Assembly: GCA_965112735.1 (NCBI GenBank)
Contig: OZ218954.1
Span: 3,720,001 to 3,784,000, forward strand
DNA: 64,000 nucleotides
Direction: 5' to 3'
Origin: Phaeosaccion multiseriatum
Lineage: Eukaryota; Protista; Ochrophyta, other classes
The position numbers were made by a program, and so were the translations under genes. Position 1 is the first letter of the stretch. Each line of letters starts with the position of its first letter. The notes under the pieces are model-generated. The model did not search any database. It was not told where the DNA came from and saw only the letters and a program-made list of their open reading frames with translations. Below are positions 12,601 to 24,972 of the stretch, piece after piece.

Positions 12601-14752
12601 CGAGCGAAACGAACGTCTTTGGAGGGGGGGAATCGTGTGAGCCCCCCAGCGCGCCTCCCACGATGGCGCCGACTGTAGCACCAACAGCGGCACCAACAGC
12701 GGCACCAACAGTGGCACCAACAATGGCACCAACAGCGGCACCAACAATGGCACCAACAGCGGCACCAACAATGGCACCAACAATGGCACCAACGGCGGCA
12801 CCAACACTCGCAGCAACAGCAGCACCATCAACAGTCACATCAACAACACCAGCACCAGCCACAACAACACCTCCTCCCTCTTTCGCTCCGACAACGCCAC
12901 CCGTAGCCACCACAGACCCCCCCCTCGCTGAGCAAGAGGGTGGTGGTGGTGGTGGTGGTGGTACAGATGGTGATACAGATGGCAGCACAACAGATGGCAG
13001 CAGTGGTGATAGAGATGGTGATACAGATGGTGATACAGATGGTGATGGCGACTCCAATGAAGGCACCAACGGCGACGCTGACACCCGCTTGGAGGGAGAC
13101 GCCGAGGGCAATGATGTGGCGAACAGCGACACCAACGGAGGAGGCGGCTCGTAAGTACTTAGGGTTAGGGTTAGCTCCTACAGACGCACGAGTGCACACA
13201 CACAACACACGCACACGTACCTGACCCCCTCTCCCTTCCCCTCCCCTCCTGTCCATCCACTGCCATCCACTGCAATCCACTGCCCCCTCCCCTCCCATGG
13301 GTCCGTCTGCGCGTCTTGATCCCGTGCGTCATACCTCTCCCTCTTTCTCTCCCCCTCTGCCTGTACGCCCTCTGTGCCCTCTTCTCTTTTTTGCACGGGC
13401 TCTCTCTGTCTCTCAGGGACTGGCTCCGGATGGAAGTGATAGCGCTCGTCGTCGCGCTCCTCGTGGCCATCCCCTGCCTCGCGTGTATATATTGCTACAG
13501 GCCCAACAACGGCCGTACATCCATCAATGGCACCACTACAGCTGTCGACGACCCAGGGGAGGACACCAAGGCCGACAAGGCGGAGAAAGGGCCCGGCTTA
13601 GCATTGGACTTATCACTGCTGGACGAGAGCGACGAAAGTGTCCCCTCCTCGTTGCTGGATGTGGGCCTAGGGGCTGTGAGCCTACCCTTACCCTTGGGGA
13701 TGCCAGCGGCAGGCGGAGGGGCGGCGGCAACAGCGTCACAGCGTCAACTAGGGGCAGAAGATTCACAGCTGGTACAGGGGGCTGCGAAAGCAGAAGCCGC
13801 TCCTACCTGGGGCGCTGAGAGCTCAGTGGGGATGACCCTCTCCGGCTCCAACGACAGCTTGTGCAGCGGCAGGAGCAGCTTTAGCAGTGTGTCAGCCACT
13901 CCTGCGATGCTCACCCCCTCATCCTCCGAGCAGGGACATGGCTCACCTCAGCAGGAGGAGAGGAAGGAGGGGGAGGAGGAGGAGCAGAGGGAGGAGCAGG
14001 AAGACCACGCACAGCCCAGCCCCACGCAAGGTGGAGGAGGGGGGGCAATCGCGTCATTACAGGATGGCACTGAAGGGGAGCCCACCCTGCCTGTTGGTAG
14101 TACAGAGGCGTCTCCGCCTCTCGAGGAGGGGCATGCTCGGCAGGACGAGGCAGCGATGGCAGCTGACGGTGTGGCGGCTGCCACTGCTCGAGGAGAGGAA
14201 GGCACCGAAGGAGAGGATGGCACCAGAGGGACCATGACGGGCAGGGACGGGTCGGGGGAGGGGATGGCAGCAGAAGGGCCAGGGGGGGGGGAGGAAGACG
14301 GGCAAGGCGTGGACAGAGAAGCGCCCAGTTACACTGTGAGTGCGGCTGCCAGTGGGGGAGGGCCTTTGCTGAAGGGCGGGGTGCCAGTCGAAAAAGGGGA
14401 CACCTTGCGAAAGAGTGGGATGGCAGTGGATGGAGGGGACAGTGCCAGTGTGAAGGCGCTGAGGTTGTGGGCTGCCAAGGTTGGCACGGTTGGGGATGCG
14501 GCAGCCCCGGGGGGGGGGCAAGCTGTTCCATCGGACACGAGCCGACGCCTTCGGAGGCTGAGCCTGAGGAGCCGCAGCCTGAGGATGAAGGGCCTGTCCA
14601 TAGGGACCAGGGAGGACTGCTCCCCCGGGAGCGGCTGCACGCCACAGTACCTCGAGATGGAGGTGGAGGAGAAGGAGGAGCGGGAACAGGGGCGGAAAAA
14701 GGACGGCCACGCTGCTACAGGGGTAGGGGTGAACCCAGGCGGGACGGAGTAA
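9606..14752 (+). CDS. Type-I membrane/cell-surface protein (signal peptide, Cys/aromatic-rich ectodomain, PT(A/M)APT mucin stalk, TM helix, disordered tail); ~9 exons
   Basis: Signal-like WGVLGACLWALVLAPLASVWA. Exons near 9606, 10147, 10580, 10800, 11146, 11542, 12170, 12572 and 13418 with GT-AG ends. APT repeats at 12663-12810. TM VIALVVALLVAIPCLACIYCY. Confidence 0.7.
11815..12062. repeat. Intronic minisatellite, ~13 x 19 bp (GGTTAGGCAAGTATTCTGC)
   Basis: Contiguous tandem units with no spacers. Confidence 0.95.
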
Positions 14753-16443
14753 TGCACCAGTCTCTGCACCTGTGAAGTAGCATGGGGAGGGAGGGAGGGA
14801 GGGAGGGAGGAGCGGGCTGGGCCTGCAGTGGAGAGCACATTTTTGAAGTTTTTTTGTGTGTAAAATAGCAGGATGGGGGGGGGGGGGGGCGACGTAGAGG
14901 AAGAGGAGCATTCGGCGAGTGGAGTCACTCAATTTCAGTCAAGGGAGGCAAGCGACAGAAGAATGCACTAGTGAGCAGAGCAACGAGTGGAGCATAAGAA
15001 GGCGTGGCGAGGCCCCTTGGGGTCCGTTTCGCTTCTTGAAGTGAAGCCCGCAGAGGAGGAGGTAAGAGAATCGATCGCCCGAGTGGAGTGGAGTGGAGTG
15101 GAGTGGAGTACATCTAAGTCAACAAGAGAACGGAACATCGCGACCCCTTGGGGTTGGGTGTCGCTACACCAGCAGTAAGTATGTAGCTAGGCAGAGAGGA
15201 GAGTTTTGACCATGACACTAGCTACGCAGCCCTGTACACTGCCCTAACTTGTCATTGTATCAGTACGCCAACTTGGTCACTACTTCGTATTATATATATA
15301 TTGTATGTGGTACAGAACGCTATGTTGGCCACTGGCTGGTCTCTCCTATAACTTTATATCCGTAAAATTCAAATGTAGAAAGTCTTAGCTACATGGATAA
15401 GGAAAAGGGAGGACACTCACCTCCGAGACACCTCAAAGGCGACTGGCGTAGTGCAGTGCCACTAATGTTACCAAAGAATCTGAGGGTCTTGTTGCACTCC
15501 CCTTAGGTACCCACCCCTGCCTGGCTGGGACGTGTAACCAAAACTGCTCAACTCGGCGATAGGGGGGGGGGAGGGCCCTCTGGGCTGCAAGACACCCTTA
15601 CGTAAGACCCGCATGGCCCTTACGTCAGGAAGAGGATTTTCAGTTTGTTAGGCCTCCACACGCTGCAGGGCCATAGAACTGAACTTGATAGAGGTTGCAG
15701 GAGGCAACGATGCCGGCATTCGACTTTTCTCGACGAGGGCAACACTCTGCGCACGTCCAAACTCGCTAAAACAGTAGTTTGAGGTGGAAGGGCAAAGACG
15801 CGCATATATATTTGGATACCAGAGTCATGGAGGACGTAGACGCGCAGCAGCGTGCAGTACTCAGGGTCTTCTTCTTGGCCACAAACGGAGACGGGTGGAA
15901 TGAAAGCGGGGGAGGGATGTGACTGAGCTCTCTTACAAAAAAAACATATACCGGCTCACGCGAAGTTTGAGTTTGTGGGGCTTAGTCCGTCCGGAGTCCG
16001 AGAGGTGGAGAGAGTGGATGTAAACAGATGTCTATCTGCTTCATTCGAATAATTCGTCGTTTCCGTGTTTGCTGACTGTCAAAATACAGAGGGCAAGTCT
16101 CTGTCCCAACCTGTTGTTGGACAAGACTGTCTTCATAAACCCAACCCCCCCCCCTCCCCCCCCCTCTCTACTCTTTACACCTGTACATACGTAACCGCAT
16201 CCTGAGTAACCGTCCGTAACCGTCCGTAACCGTATCTTACCTTACCCACCGTTCTACTCTCTCTACACAACTCTCTCCCTCCTCTCCCACTGCTCAGTTA
16301 GGCGACCTTACGACCTTACTTTTAAAATTAAAATCAACATCGAGTCATAGAGGGGACCAAGGTCGTTTCCTCCTGTGCCTGCTCCAAGGAGTGACTTGTT
16401 CGACAGTGATGATCGAGGTCAATAAACTGAGACTGAAGCCCGC

Positions 16444-18083
16444 TCAATGCCCATTCACAGATGGCGGCGGCGGGCCGTATGTGTAGGTGGGGCAGGAGTC
16501 GTAGTGCCCCACCCAGGCGTGGAGAAAGCCATCGCTGTCGTACGTGGTGTCGGACAGGCTCATGAGGTGACCGAGCTCCACGCAGCTCGAGGGGGAGAAG
16601 CTCAGGCCGCACATCTGTGAGTGGGTGCATGTGTGTGTGTTTGTGGGTTCGCGGTTCAGAGAGACAGGTGCAATGAGTCAGGGCAGTGCAGGACGGCGGA
16701 GAGCTCTGAGGTGGTACTGTACAGTACAGAGACTCGGCAAGGAGAGCAAGGCAGGAAAGGAAGTTTGACTGCTCACTTCTCTCTTCGCCCCCTCCCTCTC
16801 TCTCTCTGGCCCTCCTCTCTTCCCTCCCGTCCCTTCCTCACCTGGTCAGGGGATGAGGTGGCGAATACGGGCATGAGTGCGTTGTCGTGGAAGGCCATCA
16901 CTCCGCCGGTCATGGTCACAGACGCGTCGTACGCGAGCATGGCCTGGAAAGAGGGCAGAAGGAGGACAGAGGAGGGGGGGAGGGTCATGAGGGAGGGGGG
17001 AGGGGGGGAAGGGTCGCGGATAGGCAGACAAAGCAAAACAAAAGAGAACAGGGCAGACGGACGGACAAGCAGGCCAGCCAGGCAGCTTCCTCCGAGGTGT
17101 AGTCGCCGCTACTGACCTCTGCGGTGTTGCCGCTAAAAATGACATCGTCCGTCAAGGCGAGGTAGGAGGGATCGCCGAGATGTCGGGACAAGTGGATCCC
17201 GCCCGCCTGCCGAGGAGGAGTGGCAATAGCGAGGGCAAAGGCGAGGGTAAGATGATGGTGTTGCCCCCCGGGGGGGAAGAGGCATTGGTGATGCATGGGG
17301 CGGGGTTGCGTGGGACCACGGAACAAAGAGGGCGCGGGGAGGGAAGACTTGGAATGAACTCCACCAGCCCACTCATGCACTCACGTTGTCTGCGATGAAG
17401 GTCCTGACGCGCACCTCCCCGTCTGCGCTAGCGAGGTGCAGAGCGAACACGGGGGCTTCTCGCAGAGTGAGGCTGCCCCTGCTGCGGCCCATAGCGCTGC
17501 TGCCGCCGTCCTTGGTGCTGTCTGCGGGCACGGGAGGCAGGGATTGACAGAGGAGTGAAGGCAAAAGATTTGAGAAGTCGACCCACGGTCCATGGCGAGG
17601 CGGAGACTCCCTTTGTCTGCCTTGACCAAAGGGCTCTTTCCACCCCTCACCTCTCACAATGAAGCGGGCCCGGTCACCGGCCTTGTCCCCCGTCCCTCCC
17701 ACGGCGAAGGCAACGCCCCTGAACTCGATATCGAAGCCATTCACGTCAATCACGAGCGTGTCGTGATTGGACACCGTCACGATGGCCTGTTGCGCTGACT
17801 GTCGCTCCGCCTGGTGCTCTGCCCCTTGAACTTGCTCCAAAAGCGTCCGCTCCGTCTGCGTCTGGTCCGACTCCCAATCTGCACCGAGGGAGAGGTCATC
17901 GGGGGGGGCGCAGGTGCAGCTCTTGACCACAGTCCACGTGGTGATCGTTGAGGTGATTCCTTGCTGCTCCTCTCGTTCAACACTTCTCGCGAGGCAGGGG
18001 CACGTGAAGGAGGCGAGCGGAAGCGCCTCGCTCTTTCCCGCAACCGCGCCCGCCAAGAGCAACAGCAGGCCGTACCCACGCAT
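16444..18083 (-). CDS. Hypothetical secreted protein, multi-exon
   Basis: Signal-like MRGYGLLLLLAGAVAG. Coding-like exons near 17650-18083, 17385-17522, 17115-17200, 16842-16943 and 16444-16613, the last ending ...GPPPPSVNGH*. Confidence 0.55.
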
Positions 18084-18568
18084 CTTGATGGAGCAAGCCC
18101 ACATAGATAAGGATAGAAGAATGTGGGGGGGGGGATGTAGAATCTATCTTGCAGAGCCAACTGAAAGAGAAGAGTTTCTGCGAGATGTACAGCTCCCTTC
18201 CTTCCCTTGGTTGCAGGAAGGCTGGTTGGTGTTACGCGATGCGCAGGGGGCGGGGGGAAGACGGTACGATGAGAGAGTTGAGACTGTAAACGTGAGCAGA
18301 TGTGGCAACGTAGAGATTATTGAAGCTGGGGGTGACGAAGAGAAAAAAAAAAAGTCGCGGAACGATCATGGATCATGATAGTACAATAAGTCAATGGACG
18401 TAACGGCTCGAGGGTGAGAGGGAAAGGGAAAGGCTGCTACCTGTAGAAGTCAACAAAGGAAGCACGGGGGCCCACCTCATCAGCGTCCAACAACAACATG
18501 ACGAGAAAGAGGTAGGCGTGAGAAGGAGGACGATGAGATGAGGAAGGGGGCGAAGCGTGGAGGCGAGT

Positions 18569-21257
18569 ATGACGACAGGGCAGCAGCTGGAGCAGGAGGA
18601 GGAGGGGGAGGAGGGGGAGGAGGAGGAGGAGGAGGAGGAGAAGGAGGAGATGGCCGCCATGCAGCAGCAGCAGGAGGAGGAGCTGCTGCACCTGCGAGGA
18701 CGGGTGGCCAAGCTGGAGTCCTTCTCTCTGGACGTGCTCGACTCGTACATGCGGGGCAAGAGCTGGGAGGGCGCGTTGGAGGCCTTCTTCCGAGCCAACT
18801 GCCCGAGGTTCCGGGCCTTCGACAGCAATGGCGACGACCACGGGCTGGGATTTGACATTGCCATGGAGGTGAGTGGCAGCTACGAGGCATGAGGTGTCTT
18901 TGAATGGTTACTCCTGGTGTATAGCGATAGGGCGATATCTGAACAGTCCACTGGTTGATTGCTTGTTTTACGATGTGACCGACTTGCTGCTGCTGCTGTT
19001 GCTGCCCTCCCCTGGCCTCTGCAGGATGTGCATCGCGAGTTCTTGAGCACCTGTGACGTGCTGCTGGAGGGGCGCATCTTGGATATGGTCAGTCACATGG
19101 GATAGGGGCAGAGTCGAGCAGAGGCGCCACTCCTCCTCTCTCTCTCCTGCCCTTGGCCTCATCGATCGCTCTGACCAGCAGGCCTCCCCTCCTCCCGTCG
19201 CCCCCTGCCCCATCCTTGCCTCTGCGTCCCTCAGGGCATGAGCAGCGATGCCGTGTTCGAGCTCATCATGGGGAACAAGGGGGGCGAGAGGGGGACAAGA
19301 GAGGCAAGAGGGGCGGGCCTCACCCTCACCGAGTCGTCTTTGCGCTTCGTGGAGGGGCTCCGCTCGACCACTGACTTTTTAGCCTTCGGCACCATGATGA
19401 GGCAGAAGTACCAAGAGATGGAGATGCATCTGGGGATGGGCAGGGGGGCGGACAGGGACACGCACGAGGAGAGCTTCTCCGCAGGGGGTGGATACGCCGC
19501 GCCGCCCCTGCTGCATCACCAACTTCCGCCGCTGGAAGGAGCGGCGGCCCCTCTTCTCTCAGCAGGGACGGGCCCCTCGGGCAAGCACGTGAGGGTGCTG
19601 TGGGACATTGAGAACATCGAGCCGCAGGTACGGCGGGCCTGCAGGGGGGGGGCGTTACAGAAAGAAGGCAGAGACTATCGAACAACCGCTGCTTTGAAGA
19701 TTCTTGTGACGTACAACCCTCTATCGTATCGAACAAAGCTCTGCCGACGAACCCCTGTTGCTACCCTGCCCTACCTTGTATTACCAACTGCCCTGCCCTG
19801 CCCTGCCCTGCCCAGGGAGATGCCTTCTCGTGCGTGCAGCGTCTCCGGGCCTTCCTCTCCTTGCGGGGCCTGTGTGGGGCGGGGGTGGCCACCTTCGAAG
19901 TCACGGCCTTCTACTGCCCCAGCAAGGGGCACATTGGGGGAAGGGCACGCCAGGCCCTCGACAGGTGGGTGTGCCATCACTGACATACAAAAGTAAAGTA
20001 GCTTTTCGTCCTTGGCTAGTCGACTTGCGAAAGTCGACTCATCCGCATCCATTCGTTCGAATCAAGACCGCAAACAAACCAGCCAGACGTTAAGAGACTT
20101 ATGTATCCATTGTCCTTCGATTAAGCAGGGCGGGCGTGGAGCAGGTCATGGCGGGGGACAAGCGCGAGGCCGCGGACCGAAAGCTCGTCCGGAGGCTCAA
20201 CAGGTTCGTAAGTACGTACGTAAGGCCCTGACATAAGGTGCTCATGTAGGGCACTCACGTCACGTCGCTTGATGTGTGATGGAGCGGCCGCTCCTGAGTA
20301 GCACATGCGTGCGCACCGCTACCGATAAGCATGGTTTACTTGTTTACTTGCTCTCAGCTGTCTCTGTGTCTCTGTCTCTGCCTCTGTCTGTGTCTCTCTG
20401 TCGCTGTCCCTGTCTGTGTCCCTCCCACCCCACCATCTGCTGCCATCTGCACACAGGGAGATGGACGTGCTGCCTCCCTCTCGCTCGTGCGTGGTGCTCA
20501 TCACAGCTGACAACGACTTCGCTGATGACCTTCGCCGCTTGCGGGAGAGGGGCTTCGACGTGCTGCTCATCAGCAGAGGGGGGGGTCAGTCTAGAGGGCA
20601 GGGGGGTCACGACGGGGGGGCGGAGCGCGCCCTGTTGGCAGAGCTGCCGGACGAGAGCCAGAGGGTACGATGGGTAGAGGTCATGGCCACAGCAGTTGGT
20701 GGTACAGCAGAGGGGCAAGAGGGGGCAGCCGAAGGGCAGGGGCAGCGAGGGCAAGGGACAGCGAGCGGCACCGGCAGCGCGGGGCGGCAGGAGGCGCATA
20801 CCAGCGGGGGTAGAACGAGTGGAAGGGGGAGGGGGAGGAGGAGGCAGCGGTCGGCCTCCCGTGACTCTGACGGAGTGACTGGGCAGTCAGATGGGCCGGG
20901 GCAGAGGTACGCGGGGAAGTGCGTGTTCTGGAACCCAGGGGCGGGCTGGGGAAAGATAGAGGTCCTGGGGATGGCAGTGGATGGGGCGGAAATGGCAGTG
21001 GATGGGGGTGCTTTAGTGGGGCCCGGCAGGAAGGTGTTTGTGCACCACACGGGGCTCTGTCCGCTGCACTGCGGTACGGGTGTGGCCTCTGTGCGCTGCC
21101 TGCAGAGGGGGGAGGAGCTCAGCTTCGAGGTGGTGGGCACGGAGAGAGGGCCCAAGGCGGTGCGAGTGAGTGGCGCCTCCGACGGCGGGAGGCTGCGGTG
21201 CGAGAAGAAGGAGAAGGAGGAGGAGGGCGGGGGAGGAGACGAGGAGGAAGAGAAGGA

Positions 21258-21291
<34 letters not shown>

Positions 21292-21366
21292 CAGGAGGAG
21301 GACCTAAAGGACCAGCCTCCTTCTCTGTGCAATGGCAGGATATCCGCGCTGCCCATCGGCGGCTGA
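18569..21366 (+). CDS. BART (ARL2BP/CFAP36-like) + NYN (PIN-like RNase) + cold-shock domain fusion; 6 exons
   Basis: Approximate exons 18569-18868, 19025-19087, 19235-19627, 19816-19964, 20129-20203 and 20457-21366 splice in frame. BART-like: LEAFFRANCPRF..VHREFLSTCDVLLE..TDFLAFGTMMRQK. NYN: VLWDIEN, KREAADRKL, VLITADNDFADDLRRLRERGFDVLLI. CSD: GKCVFWNPGAGWGKI, VFVHHTGL, LQRGEELSFEVVGTERGPKAVRVSG. Confidence 0.8.
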
Positions 21367-21803
21367 TTTACATATCAACGTCTCTTGTTCATTTCAATTT
21401 CAGTTCTTGAGTCCCTGACGACCCGCGCCGTCCGTCCCACGGTTGATGAAGAATGCTCCTGAGCGGTTGTTGCACTTGTTAGAAGCACGTTGTCGGTCTC
21501 TAGTGCCGTCGGTCTAGTGCGGTGGGGGGAATAAGAGTGGATAGCCACCTAAAACGGGGGGGCGGGCGGGAGGCAGGAAGCGCGAATTTTTTTTTCAGTT
21601 ACAGAAATCAAGAAATGTGAAGCACCAACTCCCACTCTTTCTTCGTGCCCGCGTGGGCGTGAGGCTTGCGTGAACAGCGGCAGCAGCCGCACCATGGACA
21701 GCGTGCAGGTGAATGTACTCGTCGAAGGGTGAGCCGGAGACCCAGACGGAGAGAGAGACACCCACACACACGCAGGGAGAGAGAGAGGGAAAAAAAAAAG
21801 GCA

Positions 21804-23039
21804 ATGTACATAGGGCCATGGCAAGAGTTTCGGTTAGCGGGGAGACTGAGCGCGGCAGAAGGGCGAAAGACAAACACGTCTTTGGAGGAGAAGCTCGCCT
21901 CTGTGCTCTCTGCGGACGAGGTGAAGCGCATTCAGGAAGTGCTTCAGTCCCACACAGACACAGGCACTGCTGTCCAAGCAGCTCCGGCAAAACAAGCAGC
22001 TCCTTCCCAAGCAGCACAAACACGCAGGAGGCCCCTAGCGTATGAAGACGGAGGGACGGGGCGGCGGAGGAGGCGCCGCGATGTGCCGCCACTGGCCCTG
22101 AGCGGGTGTCGTGGAGCGAACGGTGGGGGCTTCCTCCAGCGGGTGGGAAGACAGCAACAGCAACAGCAGGGAGGCTGGAGCGGGAGCGGGCGGCACAGCC
22201 AACCTCTGTCCCTCCCCGGCATGGGCGGCAGCGTCAGCAATAGGCATGGCAGCAATAGCGGCCCCTCGGGCTGTCTCTCGTCCAAGAGCGAGCCCACGAG
22301 GGGGGCTTCTCCCCTCTCTGTGGGAGGCTGTGGCCATTCGATAGGCGCGGCCGCAGGTCCAGGTTGCTCGGTGAGCCGGCCCAGCAGTAGGGGAAGCAGG
22401 GGTAGCAGCAGGAGCAGCGAGGCGGTGTCAGGAGGAGACACATTGACGCACGAGATGTTGTCGCAGACTCAGCAGCAGTTGGTGGTACAGCAGCAGGCCG
22501 CCGCGATGCGGGCGGGGAGAGATGGCGGCGGACGCAGGGACCCACATCATCAGTATTATCATCATCACCATCACTATCCAGGCAGTGGCAGTGTGAGTTG
22601 CAGTGCTGCTGACAGCAGCGTCGACGGCTCGAAGGCCGCCTTTATGCACCACATGATTCTGGCGCAGGAGCGGAGAGGCAACAGGCTCGGCCTCGCGCAC
22701 AGGAGGACCAAGGGTAGGAGCAGGGTACGGGAAGACATGGGCCTCTTCTGGGACTGGAGTGGCGAAGCGCAGCAGAGGCGGCAGTTGGTGGTACAGCAGC
22801 AGGGCGGGAGCGGGGGGGAGGCGCAGGAGAAGGTGGAGGAACTGCGGCGGATGAAGGAGCTGTACAAGCAAAAGAGGGAGGAGCAGCAGCAGTTGGTGAT
22901 GCAGGCAGGGGCTTGCGGGGAGGGGCACGGCCCCTGGTCGGACGGTACCGATCCACATGGCTCGAATGCCCAATCTTCTGCAGCTTTTCGCGATTCAGTA
23001 GCAGCAGACGCGGCAAGAGCAATAGCACGAGCAGAGGGG

Positions 23040-23093
<54 letters not shown>

Positions 23094-23463
23094 GTTGGTG
23101 AGACAGCAGCATCGCCGCCCTTCGTGCCGCCACCGGACATGGTGCTGACCTCCGCCCACGCCTTGGCAGTGCAGAGGTACTTCGGAGGGGGAGGGGAAGA
23201 GAGACACATACAGCAGAGACCACCAGAGCCCTCGTCTGACGCCGCTCAGCAGGAGCAGCAGCAGTTGGTGATTCAGCAGCAGGACTCGAAGACGCCGCCC
23301 TCCCCAGTGCTTCCCTCCTCGCCTTCAGCTGGAGACGGTGCACAGGTTTTCGAAGACGTGGACTCTTTGCTGATGTGGTCCAACCTGCTGGACGAGGAGA
23401 CCATTGGCCTCGACCCCTCGGGCTCTGGCTCTGGCTCTGACTCTGGCTCTGGCTCTGGCTCGG

Positions 23464-23518
<55 letters not shown>

Positions 23519-23627
23519 CTCGGGCTCGGGTTCAGGCCCCACGGGGGGGCAGGCTTGTCCCTCGTCTCCTTTCTCTCCTTCGTCTGCTTCGCATCTTTTG
23601 TCTCCCGGCGTGCCCCCGTCGTTCTGA
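21804..23627 (+). CDS. Hypothetical single-exon low-complexity protein (polyQ/A/H, (GS)n tail)
   Basis: Open frame of about 607 codons from ATG 21804. Non-repetitive islands [11 protein letters not shown] and [16 protein letters not shown] flank disordered tracts. Confidence 0.6.
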
Positions 23628-24972
23628 TCAGATTCTGAGGGCTGAGGCCTGAGAGCAAGTTGCGAGAGCGTCGAGAGGGAGAGAGGGGATAAAATGAGAG
23701 ATAGGGGGGTCAGAGAGGTAGAGAGAGTAGAGAGAGTCGGTAGTCCTGGACCTTGGAGGGAGCAGCAGTGATCAGTGTTTTGGAGGGAGCAGCAATGGCC
23801 AATCCTCCAAGAGAGGGAGGCAAGACCGAAACTGAGCTAGAGTTGCAGTATCACTTAAGCTTGCCCCAGCCTGAGAGAGCGCATACAGCCGATACGACAT
23901 GTTGGTAGTCCAAGGCCAGTCACGGCACTCTATGGCCATCCAGTCTTCCTTCCCGTCTATTGCCGTCCAGTCTTCCTTCCTTCCCGTCTATTGCCACCCA
24001 GTCTTCCTTCCTTCCCGCCGATTGCCATCCTGTCTTCCTTCCTTCCCGTCTTTTGCCGTCCCGTCTTCCTTCCTCCCCGTCTATTGCCATCGGCCTACGA
24101 ATGCCCTTCTCCTCGTCGTAACGGAGAGAGCAAGTAAGCAGCTTTCGTCACGGGAAGGAAGCTTGAGAGAGGAGAGTGTGAGAGCTTTGCCTTTGTTTGC
24201 CGCCCCCCCTGATGGCTGATGGCTGGATGACAACGGATGGCAATGGATGGCTGGATGGCTGGATGGCTGGATGGCTTCATGGCTTCATGGCTGATGACTT
24301 CCCGTACGCCTGTCGCTAGGTCACTGTCCTGCCCATATGCCTGTTATTCCCGTGCCCTCACCGCTACACTTCTTGTCGGGGGTGGGGGGGGCGATAGCTG
24401 GTAGCGCGCCGGATCCCGCCAGTGATAGCTCATAGTACGCTCATTACAAGCAAACTCATAGCATAGCAGCTCCTGCGGCAAAGGCTTCCAGTGATTCAAG
24501 GGTCGAGAGGTGCGCAGCCAGTTTCAGTTTCAGCTCCCTCAATATCGAGCACTTCGATTTTTCCTGGGCTGGCAGGAGCGACGAGGAGCGGCGGGGGTGA
24601 TATTTTAATATCAGGCGAAGGTGAGGAGTGAGGGGAAGATTGCGGCTCAGGGGTGCGCATGCCCTTTACCCCTGCTGTTGCTGTTGTGAAAGATGGGGGC
24701 GGTGGGCGGGAGAGAGGATCGGGAACAGGTGGAGCGGAGCCAAGGCAGGGGGAGGGAGGAGGAGAGGTGGAGTGGAAGGAGGAGAGGAAAAGTCCCATTC
24801 TTCATCACTTACATTCTTCTTCCCAGTCAGCCTCCCGCTCAGCCCCTGCTTAGGGTTAGGGTAGCTCACTCCCTACTTTGCTCACTCTCTCCCCGGTTCT
24901 CTTGTCCCGCCCTGCCCCGCCACCACAGCGAAAAAGCGATAGGATAGCGATAGCATAAGTGTGCGGGCAAAC

